Below, piece by piece: positions 28,285 through 41,227 of a stretch of 64,000 bases of DNA. A program made the translations under genes and the position numbers. Numbering within the stretch: position 1 is the first letter of the stretch; each line of letters begins with the position of its first letter. Below the pieces are notes generated by a model that worked only from the letters and a program-made list of their open reading frames with translations, ran no database searches and was not told the DNA's origin. The DNA lies in contig OZ024743.1 in assembly GCA_964016885.1 (NCBI GenBank), positions 340,938,001-341,002,000 of the forward strand. The letters run 5' to 3'. Source of the DNA: Eledone cirrhosa (Eukaryota).

Positions 28285-28832
28285 CACACACATATATATA
28301 TATACATACATCTATCTATCCATATATATAAATATATATATACACACTTATATATATATATAAGCATACACACACTCACACACACACACACATACATATA
28401 TATAGGAACGATCGACTTTCGTCAAATCGGACCGAGGGAACAATGTTTCCGTTGGTCTTTCCAATTGCTAATACTATCTATCGGTCGCAACTCCAGGTAG
28501 AAGGAGCAACGTGAAATAAAGTGTCTTGCTCTGGACATAACGCATCACCTGGTCCAGGAATCGAACTCACAACCTTACGATTGCGAATCCAATTCCCTAA
28601 CCACTCAGCCACACGCCTTCACTATATATCGATATCATAATATTCAGATGCATAGTGTTCTACAACTGTTTCTATACTTAAAGTTGTTTCTTGATTGAAC
28701 TTAAACAATTTTTACTGTTCTCTGGCTGTATTGGGCAACTTCCAGCAACTACATATCTAAAGTAAGAAGCGCGGGATTGCGTACGGTTTATACTTTTTTT
28801 ATCCCATTAGTAAAATAAGTTGGATCTTTAAA

Positions 28833-29103
28833 TAAATAATTGTTTCTACTTTAGGCACAAGGCCAGCAAATACCCAGTGCATAACTGGTACTTTATTTTA
28901 TCGACCCCGTAGGCAAAGTCAACCTCGGCGGGATTTGAACTCAGATCGTAAAGGGACGTAACTATGCTGGAAAGCATGGCGTCCGACCCTCTACCGATAC
29001 TGCCAATCCACCGCCTATGATCTTTAAATAAATAATTGTTTCTACTTTAGGCACAAGGCCAGCAATTATCCAGTGCATTACTGGTACTTTATTTTATCGA
29101 CCC
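28833..29103 (-). mobile_element. SINE family 1 plus tandem partial duplicate
   Basis: 28833-29016 is full length; 29020-29103 repeats the flank and 3' part. Confidence 0.88.
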
Positions 29104-29940
29104 CTTTAAATAAATAATGAATGAGTATTATATAATTTATGTACTAAATTTCGTGGCTGTTCATTAAATATATTTTATTATTTATTTAAAGATTCTCTTC
29201 TTTAAAATTATCAAATGTCAACACTTCCGGTTAGCGATCGCTTAAATAAATATTCATATATTTCCGTCACTAATATTCTCCTAATACAGTTTATATATAA
29301 TATCGTCTTTTTTAAAAAATGTATCATGGATTACATTACTGATTAAATAAGAGAGTGTAACACAGTCTTCGTTCAATTTCTGAGTATATTGTCAATTACG
29401 ATTTTATTTGATGCATCATATCTACATGCATATATACTTGCGTAAAATATGAATATACACACTACACATACTAGAAGAAAACCACTCGAAAGGTGCTAGT
29501 TATTATAACGTTTCAAACCATATATATGTAATTACAAAAATACACGCTCAAAGATTAATCTTGTGCATACAGTTGAATAATTAATTAGATTTATATACTA
29601 CAGTTCAACTCATTCGGCAATTATGCGTTTATTTGGCCAATAGTGTGATAATAGAGTGAGCCGTTGAAATGATCAAGCGTAAAAGTAAAATGTGGCTAGT
29701 GGTTACATAAATAGACTGACAGAAGAGACATAAAACAAATAATCAATCATTCAAAACTGCATCCTTTCATAGTATTGTTCTCAATTAACATTGATTTATA
29801 TACAATTTATAATAGTATTTCTAGTAATATAGTTATTCCCATTCTTTCGAGAGAAAGAAAAACGTCGTACGATTTCAGGCTGCAACCACTTGTTAGATGG
29901 ATGTTGAGTCAAATTATATTATTATAGCACGCGCACACAC

Positions 29941-30100
29941 GTGGATTGGCAGCATCGGTAGAGGGTCGGACGCCATGATTTGCAGCATAGAGTTACGGCC
30001 CTTTGTGATCTGATTTGAAATTCTGCCGTTTCATCCTTACGCGGTCGATAAAATAAAGTACCAGTCACGCATTGTGGTCCTTTTAAACGACCCCCCCCCC
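29941..30100 (+). mobile_element. SINE family 1 (decayed long variant)
   Basis: Homology. Confidence 0.8.
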
Positions 30101-30472
30101 AATCACTATTACTATTTATCTACTAAGCCAGTAATAGATACATTATTTCACTTCTTGTTGGATGGAACTGGACAAGTAGATTTTTGCTTGAACGTCAGAT
30201 AAACTAACTGGTGAAATGAAACATCGCCTCTTTTATATGTTGGCTTCGAATCCCACTGAGGGCAAATTCTCCTAGGAGTTAGCTGGTATCGTGCCAACCA
30301 CATTTATTCGTTGATGTGTTCCACGTCTCCCTTCACCACGTCATATACAATGTGTAAAAATGTATATACCGTACCCTCATCCGGCGCCACACAAGACACT
30401 TCGTAAAGTAATTCGTTTTCTTAAGGTGATATGTAATGGGACAGGGCTCAAAACCACACACACACACACACG

Positions 30473-30528
<56 letters not shown>

Positions 30529-30643
30529 GTGGTCAACCCTTCGTGGTAGGGTCCGTACCGTAGATAGAACTCAATGCAATCTGATCGCGAGTAATCCAGT
30601 GGAATCCATATATATATATAAATTTATAAATTTGAAGAATGGT

Positions 30644-30872
30644 CAGACAAAATTTATCTAATTTTTTTCTTCTTAGTCCGTAGAAATCAACTAGATAAAT
30701 AATAATTTAAACGAAGGTAAGTTTAAAATGTAACTTTGAAGAAATAACAGATAAATGTTACCGATATTCCTTTATGACAAAATCAGATAAAATTTACCTA
30801 GTCTTTCATCTTAGTCCGTAGAAATTAACTAGATAAATGATCAATTAAATGGAGCTACGTCTAAAATGTAAG
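30644..30872 (+). repeat. Tandem ~138-bp diverged repeat
   Basis: CTTAGTCCGTAGAAAT at ~30672 and ~30810. Confidence 0.75.
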
Positions 30873-32054
30873 TATAGTATAATTAACATTTCATACACTT
30901 AACATGTATGCGCGACCTTAGGTTTCGGGTTCCATGTATGGCCACCACTCTATAGTGGAGGAGCCGTGTCGATACTGGCCTCTCATCGGACACCAGGACA
31001 AAACTACAAGAGAAACCGTTAGCTCCCGAAATATCTTTTTATCCTGTGGAGAGCTCTTTTTCAAGAACACGAGAAGCAATTCTGAATACAACGTACGCGT
31101 GTGTAATATGTGCGGGACTTAAGTTATATGTTAATCTGTGTGTATATGTATGTGTAATATACCCGTGACTTGAGTTATAAGCTAATTTAAAAAAAAATCT
31201 TTAAAAACCTTAAAGGAGTGCGTTACAAACGGAAATCATACTCTCGCCGTCCTTAAAGAATCAAGGGAGATAATTCTCAATAGGAAATATTTTCTCTTCG
31301 CTTTCTCATAATTAAAGCTGTACAGTCATGTTTGAACATAAATGTATGTGTTACTTAGTGACGAAGTTATTCTGCAAATATTTTAATCATATGTAAGAGC
31401 TTCCTAAAAATTAAAATCTGAACACTTAAAAGAATTCAAATAGTATCTTAGCTAGTATGTAATGTGATTTTGTAAGGCTTAAACCTCTTAAAATGTTAAC
31501 GCATAATGAAGATTGTATAGTTAGGTTTGAATATAATTATTTGTGTGTTGCCCGGTGAGGATTGTATTTTGTAAAACTTAAAACATTTTATATAGCTTTA
31601 AATATAATCACTTTTATGTTAGCCCCCACTTGTATGTTAGCCTTTAAAATGCAGAGGAAGTGATAACAAAAGACCTAAATAAAAGAGATAGATCTGTAAG
31701 TAAAATAAATGGTGGGTTCACAAAATTCCAGAAAAAAACAGCAATTACAATTACAAGCGATTGATAGTACTGTGACGATATGCATAAAATACAAGGAGTT
31801 AAGTCTATAGTAGGCATATATACACATGTAAAAGCGTGCGAATACCTGTATATGTACACCTACATAAATGAAAAGCTACTTATGTTATACCAATGAATGC
31901 ACAAATGCATGAATACGTAAGTGGTTGATGTAGTCTAAATAACAAGGAAAGAGCTCGTTTGTTATATGAGAACGGCACACTTTGTACTGGGGGAATATAT
32001 TGAAAATAAAGTCAGACCATAGATACACGTCTACATATACATATGTGACCATAG

Positions 32055-32247
32055 AATGTGACCATAGAATGAATATCAGTCAATAGCTGATGGGAATTTA
32101 GGGGTTCCTTGTTGAGATGTTAAACCATGCTGACATCATACCCTTTCAGAAAGTTAAAGAACAAGAGGAAAGGAGTGTGGAGATGAGAAACATAGATAGA
32201 AGAAGAATAGACGCCAGTACCATTTTGGTACTTTATTTATCAACTTC

Positions 32248-32297
<50 letters not shown>

Positions 32298-32357
32298 ATA
32301 TATATATTATATATATATATATTGTTATACATACACACACGTATATATATATATATA

Positions 32358-32399
<42 letters not shown>

Positions 32400-33140
32400 C
32401 ATGTATGTATATATGTATTTATGTATGTTTGTATGTGTGTATGTATGTACGTATGTATGTACGTATGTTTGTGTGAGTGTGTATAAATATATATATTTAT
32501 AGTTCGTGTGCGGGGTGTACATTTTGGATTTTACATCAAACAAATACCTGGAAATAAAGGCTATTCGTAACAAACTCCTTTGAGCTATAATTGTATATTT
32601 GGTGTTTCGTTAGTAAGATATCTAAACTATAACGGTCTCATTTACAATGTTTGGTGTTAGTGATATCATTTCCAGCTAAATGAATTCGTGACCAACAATA
32701 AAGCAAAGCTCTCCATTCACGCAGAATAATATATCCATTCACTGCTACGAAAGAATCTAGAACGCTAAAGAACTCTGTCAAGGAAAGCGCAGTATTACTT
32801 ATCAACATGCTACAGCCAGTTTGTAGGATAAGAAAACATTAGACAATGCTTATTTGTATATAGTTACGTCTCTTCAAGTTTTCAGTTAAATGCTGCCGCT
32901 GTCAATTTTATCTTCTATCCTTGTGACAATAGAATGAATATCAGTCAAGAACTGAAGTCGACTTTAATGGAATATACATCCATGGGCTCTGAACAGTTGA
33001 TGGGTTTTTAGAGATTCCTTGTTGAGATGTTAAACCAGGCTGACATCATACCCTTTAAAGGAAAGGAGCGTGGAGATGAGAAACACAGATAGAAGAAGAA
33101 TAGACGCCAGTACCATTTTGGTACTTTATTTATCAACTTC
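32055..33140 (+). repeat. Local diverged duplication (32055-32248 vs ~32922-33141)
   Basis: Shared TTCCTTGTTGAGATGTTAAACCA...GACGCCAGTACCATTTTGGTACTTTATTTATCAACTTCG. Confidence 0.8.
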
Positions 33141-33509
33141 GAAAAGATGAAAGGAAAAAATGAATTGGACGGAATTTGAACTTTGAGTGCAGAGAGCCGC
33201 AACATATTTGGCAAACCATTTATCCGCTTCTACTAATTTGCAACTTTGTAATTTGTAATATTTTGACTTTCACTATTTACTTATAGGGTTAAGAGACCTG
33301 CGATGCTGGAGAACGTCGCCCAATGTTTAACATGTTTGCATTAAGCTAAGAACTTCGTGTGGTACATATTTTAAAGACAATCCCATAAATGATTGGCACA
33401 GTTGCCCTTAGTAAAGACAGATACTTATATCAAACTTGTATAGCATTTCATATTTTTATTTGACATAAAGTCTTTTGAATATTTAATGTTGATATAAACA
33501 CAAGCATAT

Positions 33510-33561
<52 letters not shown>

Positions 33562-33794
33562 ATCTATCTATCCGTTTATCTCTCTCTCTATATATATGTA
33601 CACACGTACACTCACGAACACAGACACACGCACACGCACACACATAGATTTACATGGTTGCGGACGAGTGTTGTTTATCTTAGTTGTTACGTTGTAACTT
33701 CTTGAGGATAAGCAGGTCGTAGCGACCCAAACTACTTCATGTCAGTAACTTATCCCAGGTAGGTGATATTGAGTGATGGAGATCACATTTATCA

Positions 33795-34423
33795 AATAAT
33801 TGTTTCTACTATTGGCACAAGGCCAGCAATTAACCAGTGCATTACTGGTACTTTATTTTATCGACCCCGTAAGGATGAAAGGCAAATTTGAACTCAGGAT
33901 GGCAAGGACCGTAACTCTATGCGTCAAAGCATCGCGTCCGACCCTCTACCGATACTGCCAATCCACCGCCACTCATTTATCAACTAATGGTAGTTAAGAC
34001 GGGATTAATTCACCTTAATTAATTATGGCGATCTAATCCCTTCTAAACTACCCAGCATAGTTACGTCCCTTTACGATCTGAGTTCAAATCCCGCCGAGGT
34101 TGACTTTGCCTTTCATCCTTACGGGGTCGATAAAATAAAGTACCAGTAATGCACTGGGTAATTGCTGGCCTTGTGCCTAAAGTAAAAACAATTATTTGAT
34201 GTATATATATATAAAGGCGGTGGATTGGCAGTATCGGTAGAGGGTCGGACGCCATGCTTTGCAGCAAAGAGTTACGGCCCTTTATGATCTGAGTTCAAAT
34301 ACCGCCGAGGTTAACTTTGCCTTTCATCCTTACGGGGTCGAGAAAATAAAGTACCAGTAATGTACTGGCCTTGTGCCAAAAGTAGAAACAATTATTTGAT
34401 GTATATATATATATATTTATACG

Positions 34424-34466
<43 letters not shown>

Positions 34467-34895
34467 ATACTGCCAAAAGAACGGGGACACGAAATTTATA
34501 AGATGTCTAAATGGAATAGGCATTGTGCGATTTCAACTGAAATAGCTAATGATATGAACGTGTCACGCCAGAATGTGACCGGATAAGGGGAAGCTTAGCA
34601 ATTCACTCGAAGAAATGTAAGACGATACAGAACAACACGATAGAAATACGGAAATTAAAGAGAACTGAACAGAACCTGGCTAAGCGAATCAAGTTTCTTT
34701 CGACTGATATAATAATTGTTTCTACTTTTGGCACAAGGCCAGCAAATACCCAGTGTATTACTGGTGCTTTATTTTATCGACCCCGTAAGGATGAAAGGCA
34801 AAGTTAACCTCGACGGGATTTGAACTCAGACCGTAAAGGGACGTAACCATGCTGAAAAGCATGGCGTCCGACTCTACCGATACTGCCAATCCACC
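33795..34895. mobile_element. Cluster of four SINE family 1 copies (33795-33970 -, 34052-34197 +, 34215-34396 +, 34711-34895 -)
   Basis: Homology. Confidence 0.9.
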
Positions 34896-35859
34896 ATACA
34901 TTACAATAAGGCAACAAAATAACTTAAACATTAAAGTTATTACTGGAAAACGGTGTTACGAACGAGACATTATAGTGACAAAGATAGTACATGATATTAA
35001 TCGTAGGGAAGAATATTGATACGACTATTGAGAACGAATACACAAGAAGGAGAGTAGAACAGTGTCTTGCCCTAACGGTGTAAGAAAAAAGGAGGAAGGA
35101 GGAAGTTAAAGGAGATATCGAGAGGATAAATATAGGCTGGATGTGATAGAGGGGAAGAGGTTTATGTGGGTGAAAGAGGAAGGAGAGAGAAGGGAACGAA
35201 GAAAGAATGAGAGACAAAGAGAAAGAAATATAGAGCGAGAGAATAAGAGAGAGGGATATGTATATAAATATACGAGAGAGAGAAAAGGGTATATATATAT
35301 ATATATATATATATATAAGATAGAGAGAGAGGGGGGGATATATATATATATAAGAGAGAGAGAGAGGGGGGATATATATAAGATAGAGAGAGAGGGAGTG
35401 AGAAATTACGTATAGGGCTATTGTCACGGTGAGGTAAACATCTTAGTAGTTTCAACAAAGGGTTGTGTGCGTTACCGTAAATGATTAATATTGCCAAAAG
35501 AAGGAATACGCAAACAAGTACGCAAGAGATCAACCAAAACATCATCTTTACGTATCAATCGTCACAATGAAATGGACACTGAGCGACTTCAACTCAACTA
35601 CTAACAGTATCAAAGTTTCATCATAGGCTGGCAAACATGAAATAATTCTCCATTATCTGGCTGTATGTAAGATGATATTGAAAAACTTGGTAGACGTGCA
35701 GAAAGTAAACAGGGGTAAGGAATAGGACGTACCTGAGAGAATGAAATGTTTTTTTCGTCTAACCAGCTCTGCCAACCTCTAAAAACCCAAACGGGGACTA
35801 CTATGAAAAAGGTGACCCAAAACCTTGGAGAAATGATGCAAAATGGGGAGATTTTACAT

Positions 35860-36075
35860 AATGGTTTCTGACATAGGCACAAGGCCAGTAATTTAGGGGA
35901 GGGGAAGTCGATTAAATTGACTGCAGTGCGTGACTGGTACTTTACTTTATCGACCCCGTAAGGATAAAAGGCAAAGTTAACCTCGGCGGGATTTGAACTC
36001 ATATCATAAAGGGCCGGAATTCTATGCTACGAAGTATGGCGTCTGACTCTCTACCGATACTGCCAGTCCATTGCC
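35860..36075 (-). mobile_element. SINE family 1 long variant inserted in a MITE, 20-bp TSD
   Basis: TGGGGAGATTTTACATAATG at 35844-35863 and 36081-36100. Confidence 0.9.
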
Positions 36076-37180
36076 CTGAGTGGGGAGATTTTACATAATG
36101 AACGCTATACCCATTTTCACAAGAGAAGAACTTTCTCACCCACCCCAAAGTGGGTGGGAGATCACTCCGTCGGATGGAGAGAATTGACAGGTCTGTCAAG
36201 CAACAAAACAAATTAATATATAATTATATCGTATGTTGGTCTATTTTGGGCTACATTTTCCATTGCAATCTTTCTTATGGTACTACGGCGTGATTTGCTT
36301 GAAATTTGGCTGCTATTTCTACCCAGTAAAACTACGGCGAAAATTTCTTCCCTCTTAGTCTGGAAATAATCTTGGTTGTTGTTTTTTTAGTCACAGATTA
36401 GCTGTGATTAAATAAAACTAAAACATGAGGATTGGCGTTTTTGATGTGTCGATCCTGTTGTTTTGTATATCAGAAAGGTTTATTTACGACGGTAGCGTGT
36501 GATCTATGTGATATTTCACTCTTGGGAGATCATATATTAGTTGCTTGCTATTCATATTACTTTGCCAATAACAGACACCTTCTAGACCTCACCCCGCGCT
36601 TACTCTGAATTATATTTAGTATTTCATATCTTCAAGCATGTAGAAGTTTGAGTATGTTCATTACCACAGAGAGATTGTTCTTGCTAGTGTCGATGTTTGA
36701 ACATATATAGGGATTGCGATGCAAGCAGAAACATATATGTTACATATATATGTTTCATCACGATGGAATCAATAAACATATATATATATGTTGGTATACT
36801 TTTGGAGGATTATGTTGCCAATAAAAACATATTCAGCCGTTAAGTTTTACATCAGATGTATTATTTATTAGGTAACAAATCTATTCCTCGGACGTAACTC
36901 AGATTATGATTATATATTAGAATAGAATAGTTAATGAAAGAGTTAAAATTGTTAGAACTCTTCTAGAAAGATAGAATAATATATGTGAGAAATAAAGATG
37001 TGGAAACAGAGCAAACCTTTGCACTTTTAACACGTATTTCCATATTTTGTGGTTTAGAAAACTTCTATCATGATAAAAGGAGTTGATACTGACAAACTAC
37101 TATGTTTTGTTTTATTTGGTTTCTCTCTTATATTGTTTAACTTACTCAAACAATTTTAACTCTCTCTCTCTCCCTCTCTC

Positions 37181-37262
<82 letters not shown>

Positions 37263-37266
<4 letters not shown>

Positions 37267-37457
37267 TAACGAAGGAAATGTGGTAAGGAACCAGGTGGAC
37301 CATAACGCACCAAAGTACTCAATACTTAGGGTAGTAGAGTGGGTAATAGGAACCAGTAAGACCCCGACGGCTGAGCTCAGGCCGTTTCGACGGCTAAGTC
37401 TGAGTCCAGAATTAGCCGTCGAACGGCTTGAGCTCAGCCGTCGGGGTCTTACTGGTT
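37263..37457 (-). mobile_element. Short hairpin-ended repeat 'family B' in (TA)n (other copies 50888-51077 +, 61618-61808 -, tail only 7498-7575 +, related end ~21350-21440)
   Basis: Shared GGAACCAGGTGGACCATAACGCACC tail plus a ~50-bp-arm terminal palindrome containing GAAACGGCCGGAGCTCAGCCGTCG-like sequence. Confidence 0.8.
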
Positions 37458-37467
37458 CATATATATA

Positions 37468-38177
37468 TAAGTATGTATACGTACATACATATATGTATAC
37501 AGACGTACAGTAGTATGTGTATATATACATACATGCACACATATATATATGTACGCATGGATTCACCGAACATTTATTATAATGCTCGGTGTGTTTGTAA
37601 ACAAACATCCCGAATTAAACTGTACAGTGTCTAGCAACCATCGTTGCTCATTTGTTCAACCCTGAAAAAGGAACGCTGTACTAGTTTCAAGATTATTAGC
37701 TATCGTCAGCAACGTATACCTTCCTGCCAGATGATTGAACGTCTGAAAGTATATACTTTCCTTATGCATATTAACGTCTGAGCAGCCTAATTTGCATGTC
37801 GAGTGAGTTAATCGATTTTTGCTAGACACTGTACGGCTTAATTCTGGATGTTTGTTTACAAACACACCGAGCATTATAATAAATGTTCGGTGAATCCATA
37901 CGTACATATATATATATATGTGTGCTTGTATGTATATACATACTAATGTACGTCTGTATACATATATGTATGTATGTATACATACTTATATTTAAGTAAC
38001 AGCCGTGCTAAGAGTGAGAAATAAAATTTCGTTTAATTTTTTTCGTTTATCGTTTTCGGTACCCCGGCCGATTAACTCACTCGATATGCAAATTAGGCTG
38101 CTCAGCCGTTAATATGCATAAGGAAAGTATATACTTTCAGACGTTCAATCATCTGGCAGGAAGGTATACGTTGCTGA
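37468..38177. mobile_element. Family C copy: minus arm 37468-37816, plus arm 37820-38177 (broken at the CTGA of the HHR core)
   Basis: The two arms share blocks in circularly permuted order. Confidence 0.82.
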
Positions 38178-39472
38178 ATAGTTGTTGCCACACTGCACAC
38201 AAGATACGCTCCATGGTGCCGATAAGCAAAATAAAACACCTTTTTGTTGAGCATCTCTTCTAGTTTCACGCAGGCACCATTTTTCCATCCATAATTCGAA
38301 GCAGTTGTGTCAAAGACCAAGCCCACCACAGACTCATCAACATTCCAATCTTTAACAAGATCAAATGATGCTTTGGCTTGGGTGGTTCCAGTGCCATAGG
38401 GAATTATGGGAACACCGAGTAGTTTACCTTCTCTGAAGTCCGGAGTTCCAGCAACTAGCACACCTCGCCTCTCGTGGTCACCAGGAATTATTTTGCCATC
38501 CCAATGCACGGCAACAAAGTCTGGTACAGTAAATTGTTCCATTATGTGTTCATCCCCCACAGTTCTGATCTTCTTAACTGCACGTCTGCTACTATTCTTG
38601 GAGAGAGTTGTTGCGTCTATGTCAGTCCCACCCTCAGAAATAATCGATGCCATAAATGCTGTTCTCTGGCCCAGTGTCAGGTTTAAACGATAAGACATTA
38701 GATAAATTTTTGGACTTTGAAATGGATTCTTTGGGAGTTCCAGCTGGATTTTTCGTTTCTTGTCTGATTTTGAGCTGTCTCTGGGTGGGTTTGAGGCCTG
38801 AAATTCAGGATCCTGTTCATCTTCAGTTTCATCATTGGTTGAACTTGTGCTGCTACAGATCCTGGAAAACGCTTTCTATGGTTCTCTGACTCTCGACGAG
38901 CCACATAAACCTAATCACGCCTAAACTTTTAAGATATCTTTTTCTGGTAACCCTTGTCTTCAGCACCCAGAGATACTTTTTTCTGACAACGCAGGGCTTC
39001 GAGAAATGTAGCATCTTCCATTTTCTGTTCATTATTACGAAGACGGCCTTTCAAAATGTTCTTTTCAGCATCAGTATGTGCAATGTAGAAATACGAATCC
39101 AATTCAGAAATAAATAGTGCTTCCTTTTCTTTGTTTGACTTAGAACCTTTGTTTCTTTTGTAAATTTCTGTATTCACCGTACATGTTCCTAATTTTCAGT
39201 TTCACTTTGTCTTTTCGTTGAGTCGCTACACCTGCTTTTCCCCACTGACTAACTACTTCCATCACAAGCCTATCCGCAATAGCACTATTGAAGCTCACAT
39301 GCTTTTCGTGTTTCATAGGACCATCTTTCAGGTAGAAGAAATATCTTAGAACATCCCTCTTTGTTGGTATTTTGTTTGGTGAAAAGGATGTAACATATTG
39401 CCCCAGGAGTCATTTTTCTCGATCATCACAACGGAGCGAGTAGCTACAACTAGGCCCACTGGTTTCCGCCAT
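38178..39472 (-). pseudogene. DNA-transposon transposase, N-terminal half (hAT superfamily, probably hATm-like), disrupted
   Basis: KIPTKRDVLRYF...WGKAG; VHWDGKI, KLLGVP..GTG..QA, VFDTTASNYG..GAC, YRHH motifs. Confidence 0.75.
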
Positions 39473-39629
39473 TATTCTGCCAATTTGCAACTATTAGGCA
39501 AAACTTAAATTAGTCTGAAATAATCAAAATTACATTATAAATTGATAATATACAAAATGGCATGAACAAATACATAGGGAGGTAAGAAAAAAACACTTTC
39601 GTGTAAAATGTAGGATTCTGGAACACCCT

Positions 39630-39661
<32 letters not shown>

Positions 39662-40194
39662 CATATATATATATATACATACAACCCCCCCCCCCCACAC
39701 ACACATATATAAATATATAATTATTTTCATTGTTTTTCCAGTTGCAGTCATTAGGCTGCGCCCATGTTACCTTTTCAAGTCTGATATATATATTGTTATC
39801 AATCTTCTTTCTTTGCCGAAGCTACATACACAGACGACGCCACACACGTAAACATGATCATGTACGGACACATACACACATACACGCACGCACACACACA
39901 CACGCACACACGCACACACATATACAAACACACGCACACAAACACACACGCATACATACATACAAACATACATATATACATGCATTCATACATATATACA
40001 TGCAATGCACATATATGTATGTGTATGTGAGTCTGTGTGTACAACGGGTTTCTCTAGTTTTCCATCCACCCAATTCAAACGTAGGAGGTATCTGTCAATT
40101 CGAGACAATAGTGGCACAAGATGCCGCGCAGAGCGACTGAATGCAGAACAACATTGTTTCGATACGAACCACACAGTTCTTAATCACACAGTCA

Positions 40195-40276
<82 letters not shown>

Positions 40277-40693
40277 CTTCTCTCTCTCCCCTCTTTCTCT
40301 CTTACACATACACACACAATCATACAGACGCACAAACACACGCACATATATGCATTTATATATGAACACACATCTTTCACATATACTCTTTTTCCTTCCC
40401 GTGCGCTCCCGCACTACACACACACACACACGCATGTATATAAACCTACATACATGTAGATATGAATATATATTTATAATAAATTTAATCTTGCAATAAA
40501 TGCAATGCTATATCTCATCGATATAGGAAATTTAATGTCACGACAGTGCTTGATATCTTCAGCTAGAGCTAATGACTAAAACCAATAAAAGAATCATAAG
40601 TAGCACATATTTCTGTAGAATGCTGATTCATTTGTGCATTATTTCCTGAAAACTGGTCGTCGGAGCTGAAGTAAGTACAGCAATAATAACAAC

Positions 40694-40742
<49 letters not shown>

Positions 40743-41171
40743 TTTCTCTCTTTGCAGTTACTTGCAAACGAGTATGGCATGGTGTTAGAATTATTTTTTC
40801 AATCTACATAATACTAAAACTCTGTGATTACTTGCTTGCTTGCCGGTCTGTAGTGTAATACAGCCAAAAGGGTGCATGATGGGAAAACACCTTGAAAGGT
40901 GGTTGACCCTGAAATAGGAATACAAATGGAATAAAACAAGTTTCGCGTAAGTCCGAGAACGGGTTCTCAATATATGGGGTTTTCCCGGGTACCTTCATAA
41001 ACAGAGAGAGAGAGAGAGAGAAAGAAAGAGAGAGAGAGTGAGAGAGAGAGAGGGAGAGAGAGAGAGAGAAATGAAGATAGAGAGGAAGAGATAGTGGTTG
41101 TGAGAAAGTAGATTCAAAGAGAGACATAGAGAGGGAGAGAGATGGAGAAGTAGACAGAGAAGGGGAATGGA

Positions 41172-41227
<56 letters not shown>

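Noticed and set aside
28540-28622. tRNA gene (A and B boxes)
   Set aside because: Head of a SINE: it continues into the SINE body and has no complete cloverleaf.
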